This document shows, piece after piece, positions 62,671 to 64,000 of a DNA stretch of 64,000 bases (position 1 is the first letter of the stretch; each line of letters starts with the position of its first letter). Source of the DNA: Marsupella aquatica (Eukaryota > Plantae > Marchantiophyta); the NCBI GenBank assembly GCA_973895155.1, contig OZ316896.1, positions 20,838,152 to 20,902,151 of the forward strand, read 5' to 3'. Made by a program: the position numbers and the translations under genes. A model generated the notes under the pieces. That model ran no database searches, was not told the DNA's origin, and saw only the letters and a program-made list of their open reading frames with translations.

Positions 62671-63701
62671 CCCTGGGCCCTTAGTGTTACTAATACAGGG
62701 AGGACGTGCGAACAACGCAAGGGTATTTTTAATGTAATGCAAACTAATTTTTATAACAGTTTTTAAAGTAGGCAACATCCCTCTATATACATTCACCACA
62801 ATATTAGTAATAAGGCAAGAATCAAATACATGTCACATAAATCTTATGCAAGGGTACCCAAAACGCCAAGTACACGCGTCACTATATGGTTGACACACAT
62901 GTCATCACTTCATTTGCACACGTGTCCATATAGTAAATCAGATATTTAATTATTATCATCTTAAGGCAAGTTTGGTTTCGTTGGTCCCCTTATGGTGGAA
63001 CAAATGGGTTAAGGTAGACATGTTTACCCGCATGTTTAGGAGTTAAGTGGGGAGTTGAGTAAATTTTGGGCCAGGATCTTTGGGCCCAACTTGGTTGGGA
63101 AACTGGGATTGATGGGGATCCATGGATTAATCCCACATGGACGGACAAGATTACTTTTGAATTCCCTTGAATCAAACAGCCATGTATGAGGCCAGATGTG
63201 TTTGTGTATTGAGGGAGGGGTCTCGAGCGCTCAAACAATGTTTGTTATAGTTGGTTCAGACTTTGAAGTATTATTCCTGGATTATACATATATAGTACTA
63301 ATGAAAACTAGAAGTTCAGAGGCACTTTTGCGAACACTAAGACAAAACTGCAGGTCTATGTGTAAACTATAGGAAGAACTATAATTTTCTCTCGTCCTAA
63401 TTTTGTTTATCTATATAAAATATGTACCTTGAACATCAAGCATAACATACAAGTCCCCTATGAAAGATAAAGTTTTAACTATTTCAGTATGATATTTGTA
63501 ATTCTAAAAATTCAAGGGTGTTTTCAATTCCTTGAAAAACTCTATTATAATTTATAAAAGGATAAAATTTAATAGGAAAAGTTAATATTTTTACATTAAC
63601 AAGGGGATTTTTTTTGTGAACAAAAATATTAAGAAGGGGTACACGGGGGATATCTGTTCTCAGGGGGGTTCACTTGATATAGTAAGAGTGAGGGCCCAGG
63701 G
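62671..63701. mobile_element. Non-autonomous TIR element (1031 bp) with 8-bp TSD, inserted in the Gypsy RNase H
   Basis: TIR CCCTGGGCCCTTAGTGTTACTA / rc CCCTGGGCCCTCACTCTTACTA; TCAGTCTC at 62663-62670 and 63702-63709; removal restores VILETDCLPLL. Confidence 0.88.
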
Positions 63702-64000
63702 TCAGTCTCAAGAATAACCCCTATTTAGATAAAACTGGACAATTAGTGAAATTTTGGATTGATTGAAATTACAATTAAATCATATTTAAGCAAAATAAAT
63801 TCATTATTACTAAGTTAACACTTGCATGTACCAAAAAACCATATATATTGGTACACAATGTCATAATTAGAATTATTGTAATATGCACAATTTAGAATGA
63901 AAGATGCACAATCCATGGTCCAATAATGAATAAAGTGGTACAAGGTGTACAATCACATTAATGTGCACAAATTTACTAGTAAGAGTGAAATGCATAATCC

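Larger units (their letters stand above)
59870..63735 (-). mobile_element. Ty3/Gypsy retrotransposon 3' part nested in the Copia: RNase H end, integrase, PPT, 3' LTR (~61051-59870)
   Basis: Minus-strand TAGGGGTGA purine tract then TGTGTCATG...CCCGGACA; RH-then-IN order. The left LTR boundary is approximate. Confidence 0.8.

Overview
Eukaryotic land-plant genomic DNA with GT-AG introns; protein style and repeat content suggest a bryophyte/liverwort (inference). Host genes: an AN1/C2H2 zinc-finger stress-associated protein, a PRA1/Rab-acceptor protein, mitochondrial lipoyl synthase (4 exons), a GT37 fucosyltransferase, and a 12-exon MSH3 with one in-frame stop and three 1-nt deletions. The most unusual object is a 6,123-bp PIF/Harbinger-superfamily (Pangu-like) DNA transposon at 24507-30629 with AGGG TIRs and an ATT TSD. 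Besides the DDE transposase and Myb-like partner, it carries an RPA1-C-like zinc-ribbon OB-fold ORF and an unknown ORF. Two MITEs with related TIRs and ANT TSDs occur elsewhere, and the end of one seeded an 85-bp tandem array upstream of MSH3. Also present: GT37 and GT92 pseudogene fragments, Tourist-like MITEs, TIR elements with 8-bp TSDs, and a nested stack at the right end (MSH3 3' duplicate, Copia, Gypsy, TIR element). All calls come from reading the sequence; no searches were run.
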